Shown in pieces: positions 10,868 through 20,115 of a stretch of 64,000 bases of DNA (within the stretch, counting starts at the first letter, position 1; the number at the start of each line of letters is the position of its first letter). The notes under the pieces were generated by a model that was not told the DNA's origin, ran no database searches, and saw only the letters and a list, made by a program, of their open reading frames with translations. Origin of the DNA: Candidatus Poribacteria bacterium (GTDB lineage: Bacteria > Poribacteria > WGA-4E > PCPOR2b); contig OZ240245.1 in assembly GCA_965198175.1 (NCBI GenBank), forward strand, positions 2,656,001-2,720,000, in the 5' to 3' direction. Made by a program: the position numbers and the translations under genes.

Positions 10868-12634
10868 TTATGGTTCGCGCAAGGTGACCTGCAGTTCGGC
10901 GTCTGGTTTGAGGTCGAACACGAGAATCAGATGGAACTCACCGTCTGTGTTCTTTGCAAGAATGAATTCCTTGGCGCTAGTTTCGACCCTCGATTGGTCA
11001 CGGCTGAATGCTGCGGGCAAACCCCAGAGGGCAATCGCATAGTCCTGGAATTCGGATTGAGTTAACATCTTCAGTTTGATTGTCAGCCCGTTTTCATCCC
11101 GGTGCCATTGTGACCGAACAATATCGACGTCGGGCGTTTCGACGTGCGTAATCGCGCTGCCCTGAGGCCCGCGTTCTTGAATGGTGTAGTCGAACCACCA
11201 GATGGGATTTGGGCTCTCGCGCTCGAACCGCATCTGACGCTTCTGGTCTTCGACGAGGATGTACTCGTAGGATAATGGGTCCTTCGCAGTATTTCCTCGA
11301 CAGTATTTCTTCGTCTTTCTGTCGTTCATGAGGGTGGAAATCCGCGTTAACCAGGGAATCCGCTCCCGCGGAACCAATCGACGCTCGCCAGCCCAGTGGC
11401 ACAGCCACCACATGTCATACAAGACATGGTCCGTCTTACTGACAAAAACGGTGCGTGGTGTCGCCTTGAAGTGCCTGCGATAATAGTCGGCGATGTCAAT
11501 CGTCCTGGCAAAGACTAGGTTATACGCTTTGGTAAACTCGAATGCCATCTGCCGCTGATAACGCTCGACGAACCGAAACATGGGCTCGTCCCCATAGCCT
11601 TCGTTGAACAGCCCGTTCGGATAGCCGTAATGTTTGGTGACACCATCATAGAGTGGTACAAGGAATGCCGAATGCCCGCTCAGCTCAACGAGGTTTTTCG
11701 CTTCCTTCATCCCCTGGCGCAAACATTTTAATGCAGTTCCCCACTGCCCCTCCGACGCGGCGTAGTGCCACATCACCGGTCCAAGAAAGTGCCAGCCACC
11801 GCAGAAATCCCATTGATGCGCGACAACCGAACCGCCCTCACCCTGGTTCATCTTCCGGCAGTCCACAGCCGAGGAGAAATAGGGAAACTCCGGCATGCCG
11901 AGCCACGGTTTTGCATTCGCTTCCTGCAGACCGCAATGGTCGTTCACACCGAGTCGGATGAACGTCTCGGTATACCCAGTATCAAAATCGTGGTGCATCA
12001 TCACGCGCGCCGAACGTGCATCGTTGCCATCAGGCAAAAGGGTGCGCACCTTCTCCAACCCCTCACCGTAAACCTTGACACGCTCATCCACACGCATCTC
12101 GGGGGTATCCGGAAAATGGGGGACGATGGTATCGCCGTATTGACGATGGTAACCGAAGAACTTTTGGAAGAGCGGGTCATTCGGATCAAATTGCTCTATC
12201 GGCAGACGGTAGTCGAGCGGGATGCCTGTAGCGTGCAGGGTTGGCTCTGCTTCCAACTCGACGAACGTGCTGAAGCGGAGTACAATCGAATCATCTTCAA
12301 TCACGGAGAAATAACGATAGAACACTTCATCGCCGGCACGCCACCGTGCGATGTAATTGCCGGCGGCCTCCGGCTGATAGGTGAGAGAAGCACGTCCGTT
12401 GGCAAACTTCAGATCAATCTGTTCCGATTCCAGCGTGTCCAGCCATGCGAGATCGCCACCGGCGACAAACGCTTTTCCCGGATTTGCACGTTCAAGATAC
12501 CGCGGGAAGATGGTCAGATCCTCTGCCTCCGTCCTATCCGGAAGCAAAAAGTGGAACTCTATCTTCTCCCCTTGCTTTAGCAATCTGCTGCCTGTGGTCC
12601 ATTGCGGCATTTTCAAAAGACTTTCAGTCATCAT
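10868..12634 (-). CDS. Uncharacterised ~590-aa protein (family X, member 1)
   Basis: Long ORF. IFPRYLE, FYRYF, FPY, DFC.G.HF.GP, D.ADY.RRH and RFE motifs are shared with 18004-19899 and 20116-21903. Confidence 0.85.
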   Translation of the reverse strand: MMTESLLKMPQWTTGSRLLKQGEKIEFHFLLPDRTEAEDLTIFPRYLERANPGKAFVAGGDLAWLDTLESEQIDLKFANGRASLTYQPEAAGNYIARWRAGDEVFYRYFSVIEDDSIVLRFSTFVELEAEPTLHATGIPLDYRLPIEQFDPNDPLFQKFFGYHRQYGDTIVPHFPDTPEMRVDERVKVYGEGLEKVRTLLPDGNDARSARVMMHHDFDTGYTETFIRLGVNDHCGLQEANAKPWLGMPEFPYFSSAVDCRKMNQGEGGSVVAHQWDFCGGWHFLGPVMWHYAASEGQWGTALKCLRQGMKEAKNLVELSGHSAFLVPLYDGVTKHYGYPNGLFNEGYGDEPMFRFVERYQRQMAFEFTKAYNLVFARTIDIADYYRRHFKATPRTVFVSKTDHVLYDMWWLCHWAGERRLVPRERIPWLTRISTLMNDRKTKKYCRGNTAKDPLSYEYILVEDQKRQMRFERESPNPIWWFDYTIQERGPQGSAITHVETPDVDIVRSQWHRDENGLTIKLKMLTQSEFQDYAIALWGLPAAFSRDQSRVETSAKEFILAKNTDGEFHLILVFDLKPDAELQVTLREP

Positions 12635-12839
12635 ATAAACCTCTGGTGCAGTCTTAAGGGTAGTAATGCAATAAATACGGGCATAACGCCCTACGCTACG
12701 GCAGATGCGTTGTAGTCTAGCGCTTCAAGCTGCGCTAGAGACTTGCGAGAATCCTCTTGCCTTTTTTGCCCTGGGCCTTTCTTAGCCAGCGGGACGTGCG
12801 TTGCAGGTATATCCACGTACTTGATGTCATTCATTTCTA

Positions 12840-12989
12840 TTACCTCCATGAGCCAAGCTTTATCTTTACCCAAAGATTATTGAGTTTTTCCGCGGCACTC
12901 ACAGCAGCAAACTAATTATCCTTGCACTCAAAGTTCTGCTTTATTTCATCTTGAATCAGCACGCGGTTATAAATACAAACGTCGTCGAT
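12840..12989 (-). pseudogene. C-terminal remnant of another LamG-type gene
   Basis: Minus strand reads IDDVCIYNRVLIQDEIKQNFECKDN*FAAVSAAEKLNNLWVKIK: a LamG end plus a degenerate WGxIK tail, with an internal stop. Confidence 0.7.
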
Positions 12990-13084
12990 TCCTTCGCTTG
13001 TAGAAGGGGCCGCGGGGGTTAGGTTTGGATAAGTGTCAAGCATCCTGGTCCTTCCCCGCACGCTTTTTGGAATTCAGAAATCTC

Positions 13085-14128
13085 TTATTTGGACTTGATG
13101 TTACCCCAAAAGGTAGTCAGCTTACCTTTCGCTTCGATGCTTTGACCCGCGAATCCGGTGTCATATTCTTCCACAATTGAATGAAACATCCATCCCTTCG
13201 CTCCTTTGCCAACTGACGTAAACCCCCCAATTGCATAAATCTTTCCGTTCACTGCACTCGCGGCAAGCAGACACCTTGCGGTTGGCATGTCAGGGCCCTT
13301 GGTCCATATGTCAGCCGCCGGATCATATATCTCCACAGTAGAAAGATACTCCCCATCTCCCGCATAACCGCCAATCGCATAGATTTTTTCATTGACGACG
13401 ACGGTGGCAAGCCAACTTCTCGGCGTTGGCATGTCGGCTCTCTTCGTCCATTTCCGAGTTTTTGGATTGTATTCTTCCACGGTAGAAAGCACTTTGTCCG
13501 CGTCCGCGAAGCCAGCCATGGGAACTCTGTGTGCACCCCCGATGGCGTAGACTTTCCCATTGACTGTGCTTGCCGAAAGCTGACCTCTTGACGTTGGCAT
13601 CTCACTGGCGTCATTCCACCTGTTTTTCGCCGGGGTGTATTCCTCCACTTTCGGCATAACGCCTCCCCAATCATCACCCCCAATTGCATAAATCTTGTCG
13701 TCTACAACGCTTGTAGTTAAATCAGCTCTTGCGGTCGGCATGTCGGCTTTCTTCTTCCACTTGTTAGCCGCTAGATTATATTCCTCTACGGTTGATAAGG
13801 CGCCAACCGCCAAGCCTCCGATGGCATAAATCGTATCGTTCACAACGCCACCGGCGAAATAGCCCCTTTCAGTCGACATACTCGCTTTCGGTACCCATAA
13901 ATCCATCGCTGGGTCGTATTCTTCTACATTTCCTGTATATCCCCCTTTTATCTCGCCGCCGATGGCATAAATCTTATCATTCACCACAACCGTGACAGGA
14001 CCCGATCTAGTGGTGGGCATATCGGCTTTCTTCGTCCATCTTCCCTCTTGTGCGAGGCCAATCGAGGAGCCGCCCAACAGCCCGCTTAGCATCAATACCG
14101 GAAAGATCCAAGCGAAATGTCGCTTCAT
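13085..14128 (-). CDS. Secreted Kelch-repeat beta-propeller protein
   Basis: Signal peptide, six KIYAIGG...VEEYDP...W...ADMPT.R repeats, C-terminal SIEAKGKLTTFWGNIKSK. Confidence 0.92.
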   Translation of the reverse strand: MKRHFAWIFPVLMLSGLLGGSSIGLAQEGRWTKKADMPTTRSGPVTVVVNDKIYAIGGEIKGGYTGNVEEYDPAMDLWVPKASMSTERGYFAGGVVNDTIYAIGGLAVGALSTVEEYNLAANKWKKKADMPTARADLTTSVVDDKIYAIGGDDWGGVMPKVEEYTPAKNRWNDASEMPTSRGQLSASTVNGKVYAIGGAHRVPMAGFADADKVLSTVEEYNPKTRKWTKRADMPTPRSWLATVVVNEKIYAIGGYAGDGEYLSTVEIYDPAADIWTKGPDMPTARCLLAASAVNGKIYAIGGFTSVGKGAKGWMFHSIVEEYDTGFAGQSIEAKGKLTTFWGNIKSK

Positions 14129-14312
14129 GATAAATAAATACCTCCCCTATAGTACGGTAAAATAAATATGATGCGTAAAACGTTCGGAGGGTTCAATACC
14201 GCATCGAAGATGGGGGTCAGATCCCTAGCCATCACAATCAACGTGATAAAGTAAGAGGAAGCGCAGGGGCACGGCGCACCGTACCCCTGCTTGAGGATTT
14301 AGACGTATCAGA

Positions 14313-15140
14313 TTAAAATTGCGTTTTTATGCTTCCCCAAGCGACAGCAATTTTCCCTGCTGGGGAAACGGCGCCTGGAACGGCAAAGCCTACGTCCATG
14401 AGGCTCATAATTTCATCGTGACTCAGCGCTCTCTCGAAAAGAAAGACATCGTCAACCATGCCATTGAACCCCCGGTTGTCATCGGGACCGCGACTCCAGT
14501 TACCGATGCGGAAAGTATGTGTGGAAAGCGCATAGGGTGTATCTCTTTGAGCGCTTCCCTCCACGGATACCTCACCGTTAAGATAATGTGTCAATGCAGC
14601 GCCTTCGCGTACAATCACAAAATGCTGCCAAACACCGGTTTCCAGTTGGGTTTTCGGCCCTTGACCAAGCCAACAATCGTCTGGCGCACCTCCCGCAATA
14701 AAGTAGAACTGATTTGTAGCGTCGCTATTCTGTTCAATGGACATTCCCCGACAATTTAACGGCGGCTCTGGATCGTTGCCATGACTGGAGAGAATATTAG
14801 CCCACTGATTTTGTGTCTCTCCTGGATTGACCCAAAGGCCCATTGTGAAATCAACGGTTTCGACAACGACTGGGGCATTCGCCTCCACATAATCATCCTC
14901 CCCATCGAAACTCAAAGCTGTTCCGAACTTTCCGCCGACCCATGTCGGATCATTCACGAGGGCTGCGTGGTAGTCATTGCCAGAAATATCGCCGGCTGTA
15001 TCGCCTTCCCCTTCATCAAAGAGCCATATAGCCCTCGCGCCTGCCATATCAACTTGAGCCTCGCTGATGCTTGTCAACACCAAACTGGTGAAGACCAAGC
15101 CAACGCATAAAAAGGTTAATCGGACAACTGTCTTATTCAT
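14313..15140 (-). CDS. Secreted LamG-like domain protein (type B, copy 2)
   Basis: Close paralog of 7509-8330; C-terminal AVSPAGKIAVAWGSIKTQF. Confidence 0.9.
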   Translation of the reverse strand: MNKTVVRLTFLCVGLVFTSLVLTSISEAQVDMAGARAIWLFDEGEGDTAGDISGNDYHAALVNDPTWVGGKFGTALSFDGEDDYVEANAPVVVETVDFTMGLWVNPGETQNQWANILSSHGNDPEPPLNCRGMSIEQNSDATNQFYFIAGGAPDDCWLGQGPKTQLETGVWQHFVIVREGAALTHYLNGEVSVEGSAQRDTPYALSTHTFRIGNWSRGPDDNRGFNGMVDDVFLFERALSHDEIMSLMDVGFAVPGAVSPAGKIAVAWGSIKTQF

Positions 15141-15927
15141 GAGATACGTTCCTTTCTTGAATAGTTGTTATGATGGAAAACCTCATCTCGAAAGGATCAA
15201 GATAGAGTCAAAACGAATCCTTAAGCTAACACGCTAGAGTTGGTTTTACTATTGGCGCTTTCATCCCAAGCAGGCACAAATCACTTCGCCTTCGGATTGC
15301 TTTCCAGCGTGTATCAGCATTGTCTCAATCCACTTGGCATATCAACTCGACCACCGGTAAGCGGCTGTTTTAGCTATTGAAGCGGCTTGTCGAAGTCGAT
15401 ACGCTCCACAAACAAAAAAAGTCTCCAAAAAGGCAAACGAACCAGCCTCTTCAAAGACGCTTGGTAAGGAAAAATAATCGCGCATGAAACTTCTCGGTGA
15501 AACCGGAACAGAAAAATCCCCTAATAGTGGGAGTCGCTGATCCTGCCCCCCTGGGGAAATGTAGTTGTGGCACGGGTTTAAGGGGATTTTGGTCGGAATA
15601 AAAGCAAGCAATTTCATTGTTGTCGTACCAAAGCACTGAGCTCGCCGGAGATATACCTAACCTTAGCCGATGATCCGATTGAATGGATTATATCATAGCT
15701 TCACATCCTGAGTCAACAAAAAAGTAGGGCTAAAATGCTTGGACAAATTCTCCTGAGAATAGAAGTTGCTATGCGGCTTTCTGATGGATTCTTGCTCGAA
15801 GCTAAATAAAGATGAGAAGGGTTTCAGGTTTCCCACAACAGTGCGGAAACTCAGCGAATAAATTGGCGCATAATTTAATAAGAGATGTTGCCGATTTCCC
15901 ACGTATCAGAAGAGCATATTCATCAGC

Positions 15928-17844
15928 TTAAAAAAACCAAAACACATAAGTATCTAGACCCAATATAAGACCTATCGCTTCCCAAGTGATGCCAACAATA
16001 AATTCACCTAGAATCAGTCCTAAGAAAAGCGGTGTGGCGCGACGGTATGTTTTGAGCCCTCCCCACTTAAGAAGCACTAATTTTATGCCCCAGCTAATGA
16101 AGATAGGTAACCAACAAACAGTCATTCCCCACCTGTCCGAGATTGCATAGCCTGCTGGGTGAAGTATGAACCACAGAAACCTGCTCCGCATCAACGCAAT
16201 TCCAACCGTTGCTAGGAAACCAACGCCAACATAGGCTGTTGAGCTATCCGGGGTTAGTGGATAAGCGAGCCATGCCCCCAACCTGTTATAAGATTCCCAT
16301 CCAAACCAGAATACTCGTTTTTCCATCCCTGTTTGATAACAGGCATGTAGAAATACCCAAAAGAAGCACGGGATAGCGAATATTGTAGCCAAGACGAGCA
16401 CACGTAGAAGTCCTTTATTTTCAATTTTCATCGTATCAGCCATCTTGAAGGCTTCGAGTTGGTGCGGCATTGGATCACTGTAATGTGCGCGGTTAAGAAA
16501 CCAAAACATGCTAAACATCGTCAGATTTCTTACTCCCAGAGGGCGCACGCCAACAACCCTGGGTAAAAGCGCATCCGGCCCAACATTGTGAAAATCATGT
16601 ACTGGCGTACCGAGTTCCGCGCGCATTCGTGTGATAGCTATCTTCAAGGCGAAGAATATTAAAAAGAATACGACAATAACCCAAAAAGACATCCCAGCGG
16701 CATAGCAGAAAACAAGTATGAACAAAAGCCCGGTTATCAATCCCAGCGCAGCGAACCTATAGCGCATCGGCTCATGTGAGTCGTCCGAAGGGTCTTTCCG
16801 TCCCATTATAATCTTGCGCATAACCCCTTTGAGGTAGTGTCTGCTCACCCAAAGCGCTATCGCACATATCGCAATATATGCTCCTGCAGTTTGCGCGCCT
16901 GCAAATGGAAATCCCGTACCGCTAAGTCCGAATATACTCCCCAGCACCCCCTGAGATTTCCGGAACCAGAAGAAAAACCAGCAGGAGAACGATAGGTCCA
17001 GGGGGATAAAGAAAGTTAAGCCAATAACAAAGGGATAGAATGATACAGGTATAGCTCCTAACGCATCCCATGGCTTCTCTGTAAATATATTTACATGCTG
17101 GATCTTCATCCGCAATCCGGGAATCACTGGATACAGATGGTTTAATCCATTAAGAAGGTCAATTGCACCAGAAATGACTATACCAATCCACAGTAATCTG
17201 TTTTTAAAAATACCTACGGGATTACTGATAAGTCTGTAAGGAAGTTGGACAATGGGATAACTCAGCTTCTCTTCTTCAATCCACCGTCTGCTAAGAAGCA
17301 CATTGATACACAGCAGCGCGAATACGAGCGCAAAGACAAAGCCTGACCATGCAAGCACAGGAACTATCCACGCTCTGATATGTTCGATTTCATAAAGAGT
17401 GGAATCGCCCTCATAGTATCCACTTAGCACTCGCTTGTCGTCTACAGCTAACCATCTGGGGATGTATGCTAAAAAAAGTCCACCCCAATCGTTCTCGGGA
17501 CTCGCATACCAGAACGGATGTCCCATCAGTGAGGGCAAGACTTGCATCAGCCCGTGACCTGAAATTGATGAAGCGGTGGTCATCATCGCATAAATCGCTA
17601 ATAGCTCACCTCTACTTAGCCCTAGCTTCGGGGAAATACGTCTCAACGATGCACTGAGCAAAGTGATTATCAGCAGACTGAAGACTGCATTGGAAAACAG
17701 CGATATGGTGGTGGGATGCGAAGCGTTCCAATATACGACAGTTTCCCTCTGGACGAGCCAATAGATATTTATGAAGCTAAATGCAAGCCCGATTCCTACA
17801 GACCGCAGGGTAAAGGGTGAAGTCGATGTTTCTCGACTCTTCAT
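15928..17844 (-). CDS. Polytopic membrane protein, putative transporter (resembles DUF6785/DUF6784, OPT-like families)
   Basis: Many hydrophobic segments; ELLAIYAM, RRWIEEEKLSYPIVQLP, RMRAELG, LHPAGY, PLFLGLILGE motifs. Family assignment is from memory. Confidence 0.7.
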   Translation of the reverse strand: MKSRETSTSPFTLRSVGIGLAFSFINIYWLVQRETVVYWNASHPTTISLFSNAVFSLLIITLLSASLRRISPKLGLSRGELLAIYAMMTTASSISGHGLMQVLPSLMGHPFWYASPENDWGGLFLAYIPRWLAVDDKRVLSGYYEGDSTLYEIEHIRAWIVPVLAWSGFVFALVFALLCINVLLSRRWIEEEKLSYPIVQLPYRLISNPVGIFKNRLLWIGIVISGAIDLLNGLNHLYPVIPGLRMKIQHVNIFTEKPWDALGAIPVSFYPFVIGLTFFIPLDLSFSCWFFFWFRKSQGVLGSIFGLSGTGFPFAGAQTAGAYIAICAIALWVSRHYLKGVMRKIIMGRKDPSDDSHEPMRYRFAALGLITGLLFILVFCYAAGMSFWVIVVFFLIFFALKIAITRMRAELGTPVHDFHNVGPDALLPRVVGVRPLGVRNLTMFSMFWFLNRAHYSDPMPHQLEAFKMADTMKIENKGLLRVLVLATIFAIPCFFWVFLHACYQTGMEKRVFWFGWESYNRLGAWLAYPLTPDSSTAYVGVGFLATVGIALMRSRFLWFILHPAGYAISDRWGMTVCWLPIFISWGIKLVLLKWGGLKTYRRATPLFLGLILGEFIVGITWEAIGLILGLDTYVFWFF

Positions 17845-18003
17845 CTGATTGCCCCCGACTCGCTCAAATAGAGGAAATGAAGGAAATGGGGAGATGCCGC
17901 GTCATTTACCTCTTAATCCCTCACCGACCCATTTTCCCGGTTCACGTTTGTGCCCTCTCGCGCTGATAACTGACTACAATCGATATGGGTTAAAAACCGT
18001 TGA

Positions 18004-19899
18004 CTATGGCACCCTCAAGGTCACCTCTAGCACAAAGTCGGGAACAAGGTCGAAAAATAGAACCATGTGATACTCACCGTCCGTGTTCTTTGCAAGGACA
18101 TATTCCTTGGCGTTGGTTTCGACCGTGAACAGATTCGGGTTCCTCGCAAATTCGTCCGGCAATTCCCATAGCGCAATCGCATAATCCGAAAATTCCGCTT
18201 CGGTGAGCATTCTTAACTCAATCCGAAGCCCTTCCTCGACCGGCATCCATTTCGGTTTTGAACGAAGCGTCGGAATCCTCGATGGATCGACGCCCGAATA
18301 GACGGGCCAGGTACGATTAGTCTGGAAGAAACCAACATCCGGCGTCTCCACATGCGAAATCGAACTGCCTTCGGGACCTAGTGTTGCGCGCGGGTCCGTG
18401 TAGTCAAACCACCAGATGGGGTTGAGACATTCCCGCTCGAACCGAATTGAGCGCCGCTGGTCCTCAACCACGATATACTCGTAGGACCACGGGTCTTTGC
18501 CGCCGTACCGGGTGTTCTTCCTCAAATCCATGATGGGAGGGATGCGCGTATTCCAGGGGAGCCGCTCGCGCGTCAACAATATATGCGCTCCAGCCCACCC
18601 ATTAATCCAGTTCATATCGTAAAAGATGTGATCCGTCTTGCTAACGAAAACGGTGCGGGGTGTGACTGTGAAGTGCCGGCGATAGTAGTCGGCAACGTCG
18701 AGTGACCGCGCGTAGACAAGTTTGAACGCTTTGGGTATTTCGAAAGCCATGTAACGTTGATATCGTTCTACAAACTGGAACACCGGATACAAGTTGTGTT
18801 CAGTTCCCCAATCACTGTCATCAAGCGGACAGTGGAGTGCCCCGTCGCGAAGCTGGCATGTGAAGGCAGCGTCATAAAGCGGGAAAATAAAGGCGGGATG
18901 CCCACTCATCTCCACAAGATTCTCGGCTTCACTCACACCTTGACGGAAGCACTTCTCCGCTTCATCCCAATGGTTTTCCGATGTATCGAATTGATTGTGC
19001 CAAGTCACAGGTCCCAGGAAATGCCAGCCGGTGCAGAAATCCCATTGATGCGCAACCACTGAGCCGCCTTCAGCCTGATTGGTCTTGCGAAAATCCAACG
19101 GCGAGGCGAAATAAGGAAATTCCGGCATCCCCAGCCACGATCCCCCGTTTGCCATTTGTAGTCCGAAGTGACTATTGATGCCGAGTTTCATGAACGTCTC
19201 CACATAACCGGGGTCGTTCGAATGCCACATCTCAACCCGACCTGCACGGGCGTCGTTAATATCCGGCAAAAGGCTCTTGACCCGCTCCAGTGCCTCCCCA
19301 TACTGCCGCACGCGCTCTTCCTGGCTGAGCGTTGGAGTGTCCGGAAATTGAGGGACGACCGTGTCACCGAAATGGCGATGGAACTCCAGAAATTTCTGAC
19401 ACAGCGGATCGCTCGGGTCGTATCTTACTGTATAATCAAGTTTTGCAATTTTCTCGAAATAACTCTCAACCGGTAATGGGTAGTCGATTGGGATGCCGGT
19501 AGCGTGCAAGGTCGGTCTCTGCAGAGCAGGGTAACCGCTGAATCGCACCACAATCCAGTCATCTTCAATCGCGGCGAAATAGCGATAGAACACCTCATCG
19601 CCGGCGCGCCACCGTGCGATGTAATTGCCGGGGGACAGCGGTTGATAGGTGAGAGAAGCACGTCCGTTAACAAACTTCAGCTCGAACTGTTCTGACTCCA
19701 GCGTGTCCAGCCACCCGAGATCGCCGCCCGCGGTAAAGGCGTCCCCCGGCTCAGCCCGTTCGAGATACCGCGGGAAAATGGTCAAATCTTCGGCTTTGAA
19801 CCCATCCGGCAGGAAAAAGTTAAACGCTATCCCTTCCCCCAACTTCAGCAGCCTGGAACCTGTGGTCCATTGCGGTACTTTCAAAAGACTCTTATTCAT
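18004..19899 (-). CDS. Uncharacterised protein (family X, member 2)
   Basis: MNKSLLKVPQWTTGSRLLK aligns with MMTESLLKMPQWTTGSRLLK. GAGGAG RBS before ATG 19899. The frame stays open upstream to 20091. Confidence 0.85.
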   Translation of the reverse strand: MNKSLLKVPQWTTGSRLLKLGEGIAFNFFLPDGFKAEDLTIFPRYLERAEPGDAFTAGGDLGWLDTLESEQFELKFVNGRASLTYQPLSPGNYIARWRAGDEVFYRYFAAIEDDWIVVRFSGYPALQRPTLHATGIPIDYPLPVESYFEKIAKLDYTVRYDPSDPLCQKFLEFHRHFGDTVVPQFPDTPTLSQEERVRQYGEALERVKSLLPDINDARAGRVEMWHSNDPGYVETFMKLGINSHFGLQMANGGSWLGMPEFPYFASPLDFRKTNQAEGGSVVAHQWDFCTGWHFLGPVTWHNQFDTSENHWDEAEKCFRQGVSEAENLVEMSGHPAFIFPLYDAAFTCQLRDGALHCPLDDSDWGTEHNLYPVFQFVERYQRYMAFEIPKAFKLVYARSLDVADYYRRHFTVTPRTVFVSKTDHIFYDMNWINGWAGAHILLTRERLPWNTRIPPIMDLRKNTRYGGKDPWSYEYIVVEDQRRSIRFERECLNPIWWFDYTDPRATLGPEGSSISHVETPDVGFFQTNRTWPVYSGVDPSRIPTLRSKPKWMPVEEGLRIELRMLTEAEFSDYAIALWELPDEFARNPNLFTVETNAKEYVLAKNTDGEYHMVLFFDLVPDFVLEVTLRVP

Positions 19900-20115
19900 T
19901 TGATGATCTCCTCGTGACTCGTTTTGGGTGTATAAAACACGATTGCCAACTGAAGACAAATCTCTAGCCACTGTCCTCTGGTCTTCGTCAAAGGCAAGCG
20001 CAAGAACGACATCTGTGGATAGTGCCTTTGCCGCTGAGAGTAGGGAAACAGCTAGCACGGCGAAAAGCGAAGTCAAACTCATAATCCTCATATTAGAAAT
20101 TCGGCATGGTTCATT

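Larger units (their letters stand above)
9650..16087. repeat. Copy 2 (longer) of the tandem segmental duplication
   Basis: Begins immediately after the IS right IR with ACCAAGGTTTAGGCATG, as at 6064. Confidence 0.9.

Noticed and set aside
12691..12834. Small ORF MNDIKYVDIPATHV with GGAGG RBS
   Set aside because: Probably a deletion remnant next to the LamG fragment; too short to assign.
6198..15140. Diversity-generating retroelement acting on the LamG genes
   Set aside because: No reverse transcriptase or Avd in the window, no non-coding template repeat, and the differences are not restricted to adenines.
15173..15899. Inserted mobile element unique to duplication copy 2
   Set aside because: No terminal repeats, target duplication or transposase similarity seen; could equally be a deletion in copy 1.
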